The notes under the pieces were generated by a model that was given only the letters and a program-made list of their open reading frames with translations, had not been told where the DNA came from and ran no database searches. Positions 10,807 to 21,385 of a DNA stretch of 64,000 nucleotides are shown piece after piece (positions within the stretch are counted from its first letter, which is position 1; each line of letters starts with the position of its first letter). Made by a program: the position numbers and the translations under genes. This DNA is from an uncultured Nitrospiraceae bacterium (GTDB lineage Bacteria; Nitrospirota; Nitrospiria; Nitrospirales; Nitrospiraceae), in NCBI GenBank assembly GCA_963846575.1, contig CAWJWJ010000002.1:96001-160000 (forward strand). Reading direction: 5' to 3'.

Positions 10807-13392
10807 ATGTCGGCCTCACTTGCCACTCGAGTGGTTGCTTGGACCATATGCGGTACGATGATTCTGCCGCCGACTCTCCTTGCTCAAGCGCTCCCGATAC
10901 CTGCTCCTGGAGGGAGCTCTTCTTCAGGATCCGCATCCGGTGCTGCTCCTTCGCCGATGATTCCTTTCGGTTCCGGCGGATTGGGTATGTATGGATTACA
11001 GTCCGTGCCAGGACAGCCAATAGTGACCAATCCCAATGCCTTACAATCGCTTACTCCTACGCAAACGCCCTGTCCGTTGCGTCCTCCGTCAGACCTGGCG
11101 CCCGAATCCACGATTCCAAACCTCAACGACTATTGGCCTCTGGAGCCTCGGACTTTGTTGCCCGGTTCCGTCGAACAACGACTGCGACAAGAACAGGAGC
11201 AGCTCGATCGCAAGCAAGAGACCATCCGCGTCGACAAAGAGCGCCGCGAAATCGAGTATCGGTCTCAGCTGGAGCGAGAAAAACAAGCGCTGGCCCGACG
11301 GCCGGGCATGATGGGTTCCGGTTCTCCTCCGATCGTCCCAGGGCAGCAGCCGCTCACGCCGGATCAGCGAACGCCGGCCCCCTTAGGGCCTGAAAAGAAA
11401 CCCTTCACCGGCGAGTTGTTGCGACAGCAGGACTTTAATGTCGAGGAGGCCTTCGCACAGTTTTCCATTCTTCAGGGTGTCCGGAGCCGTCTGAAGCAAT
11501 TCGGGTACGAGTTCTTTGATGCGAATGCTAGTACCTTCTCTGCGGTCCAGGATGTCCCCGTCGGCCCTGATTACGTCGTGGGACCACAGGATTCGTTGGG
11601 AATCCATATCTGGAATGTGCCGGATCAAAATTTCAACCGGAGCTATATTGCGCCAGTCGAGCGGGACGGCATGCTGGTGTTACCTCAGGTGGGCGCTATT
11701 CCGATCGGCGGGCAGACCTTTGCTCAGGCTGAAAAGACCATTCGCGCCAGGTTGAGCGGCTTGCTGAAACGGTTTGAGCTGCATGTGTCCATGGCACGCA
11801 TTCGCACAATGAAGGTGTACGTCGTGGGGGAGGTCGTGCGGCCAGGTGCCTATGAGTTGAGCGCCTTGGCTACGGCGTCCAATGCCTTGTATGCCGCCTG
11901 CGGGCCTGCGCGTTCGGGATCCCTGCGCCAGGTGAAAATCATGCGCGAGGGAAAGCCGATTGCCGAATTCGATCTCTATGACTTTCTTATGCAGGGTGAC
12001 CGACGTGGTGACCACCGACTGCAAAGTGGCGATGTGGTCATGGTGCCTCCGCTGGGCTCGGTGGTTGCGATCAGCGGATCGGTCAGACGCCCCGCGATTT
12101 ATGAAACCAAGCCCGGGACGCGGCTGACCGATTTGCTCACACTGGCCGGTGGTCTTACACCATTGTCTGACAGGCAACGATGTCACATGTTCCGTCTCGA
12201 TCCCAATGTCGAGGGCCGACAGCTCATCGATGTCGACCTCGTGCTCGCCATGAGATCACTCGGAGACGAAAAAAGCCGGATTGGCGTGGCAGGCGGCGAT
12301 CCTATTCTTTTGGATGGCGATTACGTCCGCATCGGAACCCTACCGACCCAGGCAGTGAATGTCGTCAGTCTTGTAGGAGCCGTGAAAACGCCGGGCCCCT
12401 ATGAATTTAGGCCAGGCATGCATGTCCGCGATCTGTTGACTAAGGACAAGATGACGATCGACGCCCATCAGGATCGGGCCGAAATCGTGCGGACCGATCC
12501 GGTTACATATGAAACAAGGGTTGTCGCCTTTAGTCCGAAAGCGCTTTTCGAGGGAAGCCAGGAAGATAATTACGAACTGGCCCGACTCGATCAAGTTGTG
12601 GTGTCCAGTCAGGTGCGTCCCCCGAACCTTATCCTGATCGAAGGGGAAGTGAAGCGTCCCGGGTACTTCACCATTGAGACGGGAGAGCGGCTGAGCTCCG
12701 TCTTGCAGCGGGCGGGCGGCTTCACTCCGAATTCATTCCCCACCGGCATCGTGCTGAGCCGTGAGTCGGTCAAGATCAGGCAGCAGGGCGAACTGGAGCG
12801 ATACATCGCGTCGGAACGTCAGCGGTTGACGGCGCAATCTGCGGGTGTAGCGGCGGGCGCAGCAGGCTTGAGCGGCGCGGCGGCGCTATCCACTGGGGGG
12901 GCCATCGCCGAGCAACAGGTTCTCATGCTGCGTCTTCAGCAACTTGAGGCCATCACATCGCGGGTGGAATTGGGACGCGTGGTAGTCAAGTTGGACTCGA
13001 TCGAGAAGCTGGAAGGCACCGAGGATAATATTATCCTTGAAGCACGCGATGTTATCCGGATCCCCACACCACCGCAAACGGTGAGTATCATCGGGTCGGT
13101 CCGGAATCCAAGCACCGTGGTCCATCGTCCCAACCTCGACTTCGAAGACTATCTTCGCCAGGCGGGCGGCATGACTGAGGATGCAAATAAGCGAGAGTCC
13201 TACATCATGCGAGCCAATGGAACCACAGAGGCGACGTATCTGTCTGTGAAGGATGTCCGTCCCGGCGATACGATAGTGATCCCGCAGAAGATCGAGGCTC
13301 ATACCCCGCAACTCGCGCTGTGGCAATCGGTCGCTACTATCATCGGCAGTATGGCGCTGACCGCAGCCGGCATCGCGGTGATTGGCAGGTAG
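10807..13392 (+). CDS. Polysaccharide export protein with multiple SLBB domains (KpsD/Wza-like)
   Basis: PDYVVGPQD Poly_export motif; repeated GEV/GSV-x-RPG-Y and AGG SLBB motifs. Confidence 0.88.
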   Translation: MSASLATRVVAWTICGTMILPPTLLAQALPIPAPGGSSSSGSASGAAPSPMIPFGSGGLGMYGLQSVPGQPIVTNPNALQSLTPTQTPCPLRPPSDLAPESTIPNLNDYWPLEPRTLLPGSVEQRLRQEQEQLDRKQETIRVDKERREIEYRSQLEREKQALARRPGMMGSGSPPIVPGQQPLTPDQRTPAPLGPEKKPFTGELLRQQDFNVEEAFAQFSILQGVRSRLKQFGYEFFDANASTFSAVQDVPVGPDYVVGPQDSLGIHIWNVPDQNFNRSYIAPVERDGMLVLPQVGAIPIGGQTFAQAEKTIRARLSGLLKRFELHVSMARIRTMKVYVVGEVVRPGAYELSALATASNALYAACGPARSGSLRQVKIMREGKPIAEFDLYDFLMQGDRRGDHRLQSGDVVMVPPLGSVVAISGSVRRPAIYETKPGTRLTDLLTLAGGLTPLSDRQRCHMFRLDPNVEGRQLIDVDLVLAMRSLGDEKSRIGVAGGDPILLDGDYVRIGTLPTQAVNVVSLVGAVKTPGPYEFRPGMHVRDLLTKDKMTIDAHQDRAEIVRTDPVTYETRVVAFSPKALFEGSQEDNYELARLDQVVVSSQVRPPNLILIEGEVKRPGYFTIETGERLSSVLQRAGGFTPNSFPTGIVLSRESVKIRQQGELERYIASERQRLTAQSAGVAAGAAGLSGAAALSTGGAIAEQQVLMLRLQQLEAITSRVELGRVVVKLDSIEKLEGTEDNIILEARDVIRIPTPPQTVSIIGSVRNPSTVVHRPNLDFEDYLRQAGGMTEDANKRESYIMRANGTTEATYLSVKDVRPGDTIVIPQKIEAHTPQLALWQSVATIIGSMALTAAGIAVIGR

Positions 13393-13432
13393 AACGTTTC
13401 CAGGGTGCCGAGGAGAGATACGGCGTAATTAC

Positions 13433-14663
13433 ATGGATTGGCCACCCGAGACTCCTCACGCAGTCATGGATCCGCCCCGGCCAAGCATCGTGGAGCGTCG
13501 CCAGGACGAGAAAGTCAGTCTGTTCGATTACTGGGACGTAATTGTCACGCACCAGAGGTTGATCGGGATTCTGTGTGGCGGTGCCATCCTGATGACGATG
13601 ATCGTCAGCTTACTATTGCCGAAGATCTATGAGTCGACGGCCGTCGTGCTCCCTCAATCTGAATCGAAGGAGACGGGAGGATTGGCTACGCTGCTCGCTG
13701 CCTCGGGTGCCGCCGGTATGGCCCAAAATCTAGGCATGAACGTCCCCGGTTTTCCAACCTCGCCCACGGACACGTTTGTGTCGATCCTGAAGTCGCGCGT
13801 CATGGCCGACGATGCGATCGCGAAGTTTGATTTGATGGACCGCTATGGGAAGAAGACCATGGTCGAGACACGTGAGAAGCTCGCTGACCGCGTGCGGATC
13901 ACCGTCACCAAGGAAAAAGTCGTCAAAGTAGTGGTGGAGGATGAGGATCCTACAGACCGCGGCAGACATGGCCAATTTTTATATGTCGAATCTTGACCGG
14001 TTGAACCGGATTGTGAATGTCAGCAAGGCTGGGCAAAACCGCGCGTTCATCGAGCGCCGGTTGGTCGAGACGGAAGAGACGATGGCCAAGGCTGAGGAGG
14101 CGCTGCGCGACTTTCAGAAGAAAAATAAGACCGTTGCAGTTGAGGCCCAATCTAAAGTGATGATTGAGGCGGCTGCCATGATCCAGGCCCAGATCACGGC
14201 GCAAGAGGTGCAGTCGCAAGTGATGGGCACGTATCTCTCGACCGACAATCCGGACCTCGCCCGCATCCATTCCAGCATTGAGGAATTGAAGAAACAGCTC
14301 ACTTTGATGGAGTCCGGAAAGAATGGCAAGGGCATGTTGCCGGGACAGGAACGGCTGCATCCAGCGATGATTTCGGTTCCCGAGCTCGCGTTGCAGTACG
14401 CGCGCCTTTTCCGGCAAGTCAAGGTACAGGAGACGCTCTTTACCCTCCTGACCTCCCAGCATGAGCAGGCGAAGATTGCCGAAGCCCGCGATACCCCCAC
14501 CGTGCAGGTGTTGGATCCGGCGGTGCCGGCCGACAAGCGAAGTCGGCCGCGTCTTTTGCTGAATCTGGCTGTCGCCGGGGTGTTGTCGCTTATTGGGGGA
14601 ATATTCGCAGCCTTCTTTCTCGATTACCGTGCTCGGGTCCGTCAACTTCCGACCGCAAGCTAG
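13433..14663 (+). CDS. Wzz/GumC-like chain-length determinant with GNVR domain (frameshift near 13952)
   Basis: N-terminal TM then PKIYESTA, coiled coils, VQVLDPAVPADKRSRPR, C-terminal TM; extra base at cct-a-cag. Confidence 0.8.
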
Positions 14664-14666
14664 AAA

Positions 14667-14696
14667 TTGACGATATTTCAATGGCAATGGTAGAAT
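14667..14696 (+). promoter_or_regulatory. Putative sigma70 promoter of hpnH
   Basis: TTGACG-N18-TAGAAT with TGn extension. Confidence 0.45.
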
Positions 14697-14771
14697 CCGG
14701 CCCGTGCGCCTGCTAAGGGCCGGCCGTCTCGGTCGTGAACCACTTTCACAATTATCGAATAGGAGCGCGGG

Positions 14772-15788
14772 ATGGCTGTTCCAGTCTCCCAAATGTATAC
14801 AGTGACCAAGTATGTCTTGACCCAGAAGCTTAGAGGGGTCAAGCGATACCCGCTCGTGCTGATGCTCGAGCCACTGTTCCGCTGCAACCTCGCCTGTGCG
14901 GGATGCGGCAAGATTCAATATCCGGATCATGTCCTGGATAAGCGGTTGACGCCCGCCCAATGTTGGGCGGCGGCGGACGAATGCGGGGCTCCCATCATCA
15001 GTATTCCCGGGGGGGAGCCACTGATCCATCCGGAGATGGCGGAAATCGTGCGTGGACTGGTCGCTCGCCAGAAATATGTGTATCTCTGCACGAATGCGAT
15101 CCTGATGGAGCGCAAACTCGACGAGTATCCGCCGTCGAAGTTCCTCACCTTCAGCGTGCACATGGACGGACTGCGGGACGAACATGACCTGGCGGTCTGT
15201 CGGGACGGGGTCTACGATGTTGCGGTGAAGGCGATCAAGGCCGCGTTGAAGCGAGGCCACCGGGTCACCACCAACACTACTCTGTTCGATGACGCCAATC
15301 CCGAGCGGGTGCGGAAGTTTTTTGACGAGATGATGGAACTCGGTGTCGAGGGAATGATGATCTCGCCCGGCTACAGCTATCAGAAAGCACCGGACCAACA
15401 GCATTTCCTGAAACGCAATCGGACGACGGAGCTGTTTTCGAAGATTTTGGGCAATCGGAAACGTGGGTGGCAATTCAATCAGTCGCCGTTGTTTCTGGAG
15501 TTCCTCAAGGGCACGCGTGACTATCAGTGCACGCCATGGGGGAACCCGACCTACAACGTTTTTGGCTGGCAACGCCCCTGTTATTTGCTGCAAGAAGGAT
15601 ATGCCTCCAGTTTTCGAGAGCTGATGGAAAAGACTGAGTGGGATTCCTACGGGACGGGGCGGAATGAAAAATGCGCTGATTGCATGGTGCATTGCGGATA
15701 TGAAGCCTCGGCTGTGGAGGACACGTTCGGGTCCTTGTCCGGCTTTGCAAAAACCGTGAAGATCACACTCATGCCGACGGCGCGTTAA
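14772..15788 (+). CDS. hpnH: Adenosyl-hopene transferase (radical SAM)
   Basis: YPLVLMLEPLFRCNLACAGCGKI, CTPWGNPT, KCADCMVHCGYE. Confidence 0.93.
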   Translation: MAVPVSQMYTVTKYVLTQKLRGVKRYPLVLMLEPLFRCNLACAGCGKIQYPDHVLDKRLTPAQCWAAADECGAPIISIPGGEPLIHPEMAEIVRGLVARQKYVYLCTNAILMERKLDEYPPSKFLTFSVHMDGLRDEHDLAVCRDGVYDVAVKAIKAALKRGHRVTTNTTLFDDANPERVRKFFDEMMELGVEGMMISPGYSYQKAPDQQHFLKRNRTTELFSKILGNRKRGWQFNQSPLFLEFLKGTRDYQCTPWGNPTYNVFGWQRPCYLLQEGYASSFRELMEKTEWDSYGTGRNEKCADCMVHCGYEASAVEDTFGSLSGFAKTVKITLMPTAR

Positions 15789-15859
15789 GCGCCGCAGGTT
15801 TCCCGCGGCGAGGGGCGGTCCGGTGGCCGAGCCGTCCGGTCCTCCCTCGCATCACCTTC

Positions 15860-16267
15860 ATGCTGCGAGAAATGACCATGACTGATGCCAAATACCATGC
15901 CCCGGAAACCGGGAGCCTTCAGGGCCGTGTGTTTCACCCGGCCTCTCCCGCAGAATTGAGCGAGTCCATAGAGCTTGCGTTTGACTATCGCGGGGACATT
16001 ACGGTCGAACTGAAATCCGGCAGTCACGTGACCGGATATCTGTTCAACCGGACGGCCACGGGCGAGCAGCCTACGATTGAACTCTTCCCTGCCACCGGTA
16101 GCGGCACTATGACGATTCCCTATTCGGAGATCGCGACGATTGCGTTTTCGGGAGAAGATACAGCTACGGGAAAGTCCTGGGAGACGTGGGTCGCCAAGAA
16201 GGACTCCGAGCGACAGCGAGAGGTGGAACGGGTGGAGGCAGATGCCAAGGCTCGAGGGCATTTGTAG
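15860..16267 (+). CDS. Hypothetical protein
   Basis: 135-aa ORF, AFDYRGDIT motif, co-oriented with hpnH. Confidence 0.65.
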   Translation: MLREMTMTDAKYHAPETGSLQGRVFHPASPAELSESIELAFDYRGDITVELKSGSHVTGYLFNRTATGEQPTIELFPATGSGTMTIPYSEIATIAFSGEDTATGKSWETWVAKKDSERQREVERVEADAKARGHL

Positions 16268-16412
16268 GTACTCTCGTCAGTTTTCGCGCCGTCCGTTCTA
16301 TAAAAACACTCCTGCTGCCATCCTCTCCTGCTCGATCATTTCGTCCCGCCAAGGCTTGCAAATTTAGCGCGTCTTTCAATCAGTCTCCCCTCCGTTCGAC
16401 TTGATCCATTTG

Positions 16413-16441
16413 TTGACAAAGAGGGGGGGCTATGCTAGAAG
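16413..16441 (+). promoter_or_regulatory. Putative sigma70 promoter
   Basis: TTGACA-N17-TAGAAG with TG extension. Confidence 0.4.
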
Positions 16442-16550
16442 GATCGGCCTCAAATTTGGGTCAGGCCCGGCACGATGAAGCCTCTCCTAGCATGGTCTTG
16501 AGCAGGTTTTCCGGTGAGGCTGAAAATTCAATCGGACGCGGGTCATACGT

Positions 16551-17090
16551 ATGCGGCGGCGGATAGTGAGTAGTAAGAAAACCGCTCGACGCATCGTGGG
16601 TTTTTTGGGTCTGATCTGGCTGCTGTGCGCGCCGGCTGTGTCATTCGCGAGCCATGCCGCCGACCATCGTTTCACTGTCGAAGGTTTTGTCTGTGGTCGG
16701 GACGGTCAGCCAAGCACCAAGACCGAAGTGCTCGTTAAGGATACGCGGGTGACGGTCGGCCAGACGGTGACGACCGACGACGACGGGTACTACAAAGTTA
16801 CCCTTCATCTGCATAACGACAATGTGGGCGATCCGCTGTTGGTTGAAGCCGGCGGAGAGCAACAGAATTTCAAAATCCAGTTCGATCCGAATGATCTGGA
16901 GACGGAGCGGAAGCTTCGAGTCGATTTCGGAAGCGGGTGTGCGCGCGATCTCAGTCCTCCGCAGTGGTTGTTCTACGGGCTGGGTGTGGCGGCTGTTGCT
17001 ATTGTGGGATGGATTGGGCTAAAGATCTCCCGCAAGCGGATGCGTGAAGAGCAACGGCGAAGGAAGGGGCAGGGGAAGCGGCAGAAATAG
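16551..17090 (+). CDS. Exported, membrane-anchored hypothetical protein
   Basis: Signal peptide, beta-rich domain, C-terminal TM and basic tail. Confidence 0.7.
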   Translation: MRRRIVSSKKTARRIVGFLGLIWLLCAPAVSFASHAADHRFTVEGFVCGRDGQPSTKTEVLVKDTRVTVGQTVTTDDDGYYKVTLHLHNDNVGDPLLVEAGGEQQNFKIQFDPNDLETERKLRVDFGSGCARDLSPPQWLFYGLGVAAVAIVGWIGLKISRKRMREEQRRRKGQGKRQK

Positions 17091-17207
17091 GGCACGGTCC
17101 GTGGGGTATTGTTCCTCGCCGGATCGGACATGCTGACGTAGGCGGGGAAAGTCGAAACGTGACCTCGTTGCATTCTGAGACTTGACGCTTTTGCTGTGGC
17201 GGTTTAT

Positions 17208-17235
17208 GACGCCCCGGGGAAGCGTCCTTTTTTTT
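17208..17235 (+). terminator. Possible intrinsic terminator overlapping a TTGACG-N17-TATGAC promoter (17182-17210)
   Basis: GACGC/GCGTC stem followed by a T8 tract. Confidence 0.35.
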
Positions 17236-17303
17236 CTGTCGATGGTAATAGGTGTCGGCGCGTGAGCAGGCGTTGGCATGAAGAAAGGAGCGAGAACGTA
17301 TTT

Positions 17304-17852
17304 ATGAAACAGGTAGGTATGAATAGATTGGCGCTGGCGATCGGCATTTTTGGGTTTGGGCTGGCTGTGGTTGGTTGCGGAGGTGAGGCGGGGGAAGGCC
17401 CCATTGTTCCCCCACCGCCGGCTCCGGCTGAATATGCCGATAAACACATGCCTGCCGGATGGTGGGCGGATCCAAAAATCATCGAAGAGGGTCGTGAGCT
17501 CTACATCGGCGGCAAGAATCCGGATGTGAATTGCGCGAGCTGCCATGGCAAGGATGGCAAACCCGTCAAGGCCGGCGCGCGAGACTTTCGTAACGGCGAT
17601 CGCATGAAGCTCTATTCGGATTCCGTCTGGTTCTGGCGTATTTCCGAGGGAGTGCCCAACACCAAGATGAAACCCTGGAAGAGCAAGTTATCCGAAGAGG
17701 ACCGCTGGAAGATCATGGCGTTTGAGCGGACGTTTGGATTGTCCGGAAAAGGATGGGACACCGAGAAGAAGGATTGGGTTCCTTCTGATCAGGTGAAGTC
17801 GGCCGCGGTGCCAGGTGGCGTGCAAACCGCGCAGGTTGAGGCGAGCAAGTAA
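17304..17852 (+). CDS. Monoheme cytochrome c lipoprotein
   Basis: Lipobox-like VVGC; CASCH; FWRISEGVPNTKM. Confidence 0.85.
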   Translation: MKQVGMNRLALAIGIFGFGLAVVGCGGEAGEGPIVPPPPAPAEYADKHMPAGWWADPKIIEEGRELYIGGKNPDVNCASCHGKDGKPVKAGARDFRNGDRMKLYSDSVWFWRISEGVPNTKMKPWKSKLSEEDRWKIMAFERTFGLSGKGWDTEKKDWVPSDQVKSAAVPGGVQTAQVEASK

Positions 17853-17894
17853 GGCACACGTACCGGCGAAGATGAGGAGGAGCGGCGAGACATC

Positions 17895-19598
17895 ATGAAA
17901 ATCTGGCAGCGCTGTTTGTTGGTTATGTTCGCGCTAGTGGCGATATTGGGGGGCGTCGCGTATGCGCAGGCTCCCAGTGCGCCCCCCGTTGAGTTTCCCT
18001 ACACCGGGAACCGCACGGCGGTATGGATCGTCGCTCAGCTTCACATTCTCTTCGCAGGGTTTATCCTTGGCGCCCCGATTTTCGTGGTGATTTCTGAGTG
18101 GTTGGGGTATCGGAAGCAGGACCCGCGGTATGACCGATTGGCGAAAGAGGTGACGAAGGTCACAGTCATTCTCTACAGTATGACCGCGCTGACAGGCGGC
18201 CTGTTTATCTTCGTCTTGTTGGCAACCTACCCGCAGTTTACTACCTGGCTCATCAATCACTTCTTCCTGATATTCGCGGTGATCTATCCACTGCTCTTCA
18301 TCGGGGAAACCATCGTCCTCTACATGTATTTCTATACGTGGGATGCATGGAAGGGCGAAAAGAAGGGGCGCCATATCGCATTAGGCGTGTTGTTGAATCT
18401 TATCGGGTCGATCACGCTCTTCGTGATCGACGGCCCGACCTCCTTTATGAATACCCCCGTCCGTGCAGAAGGAGTTTCGCCGGCCGAATTCCTGGCGAGT
18501 GCATCCCTCTGGGACAAGGTGTTCAATTACAGTTGGATGCCGCTCAATCTCCACCGATTGGTCGGCAACGTGACCTTCGGCGGATTCATCGCGGGGCTGA
18601 TCGCGGCGTACATGTTCATGGGCTCCAAGAAGGACGAAGAGCGGGCCTATTATGATTGGATGGGTTTTGTCGGCAACATGATCGGTGTGGGGGCACTGTT
18701 GTTCCTGCCGTTTATGGGCTATTTGCTGTCCTACGAGCTCTGCGACTACGACGCCTCGATCTGTCCTTACATGATGGCGGATCAGTTGTCGATGTTCTTC
18801 GAAATGCAGGGCGCCATGGTCGGTCTGATATTCCTGGCCAGTAACTACTATATCTGGTTGAGTATGAAACGGATCGAAGGTGTCGAGCGCGTACGCATGA
18901 CCGTACTAGCGCCGATCGTGATGGTTCTGTTGCCCATCGTCATGACCAAGGTCCTCACGGACTACCCGGTCCCAGATGCCACATCCTTGGCATTTTTGTT
19001 GCCCCTGCTGTTGGCGCCAGTGATCCTCGGGAGGTTCATTCCGCTCACCGTTTCGTCGAGCACGGTCATCAAGGTCGGGTTCTTAATGGTGGTGGTCGGG
19101 AATGCGATCTGGATGACGCCCCATGGGTTTGTGCCGACGGGCGCCAAGCTGGTGGCGGAACTGGAGTTGCCGTCCGATTGGAACTTCCTGGCGTTGATGC
19201 CGGCCAAGAATTCTGCGGCGTTCACCCTGATCTTCGTGACGGTCGTGAACTACGTCATCTACAACCGGGCGGTTTCGCAGGGCACCATCGTCTGGGGGAA
19301 GATCGATTTTGCTTCACAGTTCGTCCTGGTCTTCCTGGCATTCAGTGCCATTTGGACCATGGGACTCATGGGTGCCGTACGATCTTTGCTGCGGAAGTAC
19401 TTCCATACCTATAATCTGCTGCCCGATTTTACCGCCGAGTCCTTCACACCGACCCTGTCCTACTCGGCCTGGTGGATTACCGGCATTACGGTGACCTTTT
19501 TTGCCGTGGTCAGCTTTGCCATCCTTGTGACATTGCGTCCCTCGGATTCGAAGGGTCACGCGCACGAGGGGAGCCCTGTGCCTGCCGGTGCCAAGTAA
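17895..19598 (+). CDS. Cytochrome bd-like oxidase subunit I (Nitrospira type)
   Basis: AQLHILFAGF, RYDRLAKE, NLHRL; CydA-like N-terminal region; polytopic. Confidence 0.82.
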   Translation: MKIWQRCLLVMFALVAILGGVAYAQAPSAPPVEFPYTGNRTAVWIVAQLHILFAGFILGAPIFVVISEWLGYRKQDPRYDRLAKEVTKVTVILYSMTALTGGLFIFVLLATYPQFTTWLINHFFLIFAVIYPLLFIGETIVLYMYFYTWDAWKGEKKGRHIALGVLLNLIGSITLFVIDGPTSFMNTPVRAEGVSPAEFLASASLWDKVFNYSWMPLNLHRLVGNVTFGGFIAGLIAAYMFMGSKKDEERAYYDWMGFVGNMIGVGALLFLPFMGYLLSYELCDYDASICPYMMADQLSMFFEMQGAMVGLIFLASNYYIWLSMKRIEGVERVRMTVLAPIVMVLLPIVMTKVLTDYPVPDATSLAFLLPLLLAPVILGRFIPLTVSSSTVIKVGFLMVVVGNAIWMTPHGFVPTGAKLVAELELPSDWNFLALMPAKNSAAFTLIFVTVVNYVIYNRAVSQGTIVWGKIDFASQFVLVFLAFSAIWTMGLMGAVRSLLRKYFHTYNLLPDFTAESFTPTLSYSAWWITGITVTFFAVVSFAILVTLRPSDSKGHAHEGSPVPAGAK

Positions 19599-19637
19599 CT
19601 GGTCACAAATCTGGAAGGGTGATAAGCGAGGGTACTC

Positions 19638-20441
19638 ATGGGAAACGTGATTAAGAAGTCGATCGTTGGAGTCATTATCGGCGGAATTCTATTCGGGGCT
19701 ACCAACGCACTGGGTTTTCCGTTCGTGTTCCAGGTGTTGTTTTTTGGCTATGCGATGCTCGGCGCCATCGTCTTTATTATTCTCGACCTTCCTCCCCTCA
19801 AGCCGCTCAGCGGGATGAAAGCCGCCGGTGCCCTCATCGTGTTCTACATTATTCTCTCGGTCGCCTACATCGCAGGCGGCGCCGTATGGCCGCAGTTCGA
19901 TCCCGAAGACGAAAAGGGCAAGATCGACAAGATCTTGAAGCCCAAGCGCGAACAATACGAGGCCGGCAAAGTCGAAGTGCTATTGCAGAGAGCCAAGGCT
20001 TTGGACGAGAAGACCAAGGAACTGACCGCCCGATTGCAGGCGCTGGGTGTCGCGCAGGCTCCTGCCGACCAGAAGGCCGGTGGTGGAGCCGTGCCTACAG
20101 GGACGACCGCATCCAGCGGCGATATTGCCAAGCTGGGCGCGGAGCAATGGGAACTTCAGGAGTGCTACAACTGCCACAAGTTGAACGGTGAAGGCGGAAA
20201 GAAGCGGGGTCCTGAGCTGGATAACATCGGCAACCTTCTGACCGCGGATGAAATCGCTCAAAAAATTCTGGATCCGAAGAGTTACAAAGCCGAGGGTTTC
20301 GAGAAGGAATACGACAAGGGGAAGATGCCGGACAAGTACAAGGATCTGATGGAGCCCAGTGACGTACAGGCATTGGCGGTCTGGCTGGCTGGTTATAAGA
20401 ATGCTTCGGTGAATACGCCGAAGCCGATCAAGATGAAGTGA
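19638..20441 (+). CDS. Membrane-anchored cytochrome c
   Basis: Three N-terminal TMs; CYNCH; GPELD; distal MP. Confidence 0.85.
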   Translation: MGNVIKKSIVGVIIGGILFGATNALGFPFVFQVLFFGYAMLGAIVFIILDLPPLKPLSGMKAAGALIVFYIILSVAYIAGGAVWPQFDPEDEKGKIDKILKPKREQYEAGKVEVLLQRAKALDEKTKELTARLQALGVAQAPADQKAGGGAVPTGTTASSGDIAKLGAEQWELQECYNCHKLNGEGGKKRGPELDNIGNLLTADEIAQKILDPKSYKAEGFEKEYDKGKMPDKYKDLMEPSDVQALAVWLAGYKNASVNTPKPIKMK

Positions 20442-21385
20442 GCATCATGCAGCCGAAACTGAAATCCAAAGTTCGTTGTTCGGACAGTGAAGTCGGAGAA
20501 GTGCGCCGGGTCGTCGTGGATCCTCTGTCGCACGAGGTGAGCCATATCGTCGTGGGAGGCCATGCGACGGGCTCGCTCGAGCGTCAAGTTCCGGTAGGGC
20601 AACTCCAGTCGGTCACCGACGACGTGGTGACGCTCCGCTGTAGTGCTACGGAGTTCTCGGCCTTGCCCGTCTTTAAGCGCGAAGATTATGTCACGACCCA
20701 CGAGGTTGAAATTGCCCACCTCGAGGAGCGCATCCATGTGACTCCTGGTGAAGTGCTCGTGCCCTTTCCTGAGCTGGAACGGAGTGTGAAGCGGCGCACG
20801 TTCTTCGCGAACTTCACCCACGCCATCGGATTTCTGATTGGCCTGCCGTTGGCATTCCCCGTCCTGCGCTATCTTATGAAGCCGATGTACTCCCCGTTCG
20901 ACAATCAATGGCTGAAGATCGGCAATGCCGGAAAAATCAAGCAGGATGATATCGGCGTTCAGTACAAGTACAAGCGCAGCGTGAAAGAAGCCTACATGCC
21001 GCAGCAGGAGATCGACAAGAACGTCTGGGTATTGAAAGCCTCGCCCAAGGTCCTGGAAAGCATTTATCAGGGGAAGGACATGGAGTTTCGGGACGCGACA
21101 GGGAAGCATCTCTGGACGAATAAGAAGGATGTGCCGTACATCGTCTATTCCGGCAAGTGTCCGCATCTGGGTTGTGGCTACAAGTGGCGAACGCACAAGA
21201 CGCTCGGTCAGGTTTTTCTCTGTCCCTGTCATCTGAGCATTTACGATGCTTCCGGCAAGGTGCTGGATGGGCCGGCTCCGCGCGCGCTCGATCCGCTGCC
21301 CATCAAGGTGACCCCCGCCGGGGATATCACCATTATCGACATGGAATTCAAGGCGGGCACGAAGGCCCAGGTTCGGATTGTCTAA
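20438..21385 (+). CDS. Rieske Fe-S subunit of a cytochrome bc complex with an N-terminal PRC-barrel-like domain
   Basis: CPHLGC and CPCH boxes, GPAPRALD; internal KRRTFF followed by a TM. Confidence 0.9.
   Translation: MSIMQPKLKSKVRCSDSEVGEVRRVVVDPLSHEVSHIVVGGHATGSLERQVPVGQLQSVTDDVVTLRCSATEFSALPVFKREDYVTTHEVEIAHLEERIHVTPGEVLVPFPELERSVKRRTFFANFTHAIGFLIGLPLAFPVLRYLMKPMYSPFDNQWLKIGNAGKIKQDDIGVQYKYKRSVKEAYMPQQEIDKNVWVLKASPKVLESIYQGKDMEFRDATGKHLWTNKKDVPYIVYSGKCPHLGCGYKWRTHKTLGQVFLCPCHLSIYDASGKVLDGPAPRALDPLPIKVTPAGDITIIDMEFKAGTKAQVRIV

Noticed and set aside
13950..15692. 580-aa minus-strand ORF
   Set aside because: Antisense shadow of wzz and hpnH; no recognisable motifs.
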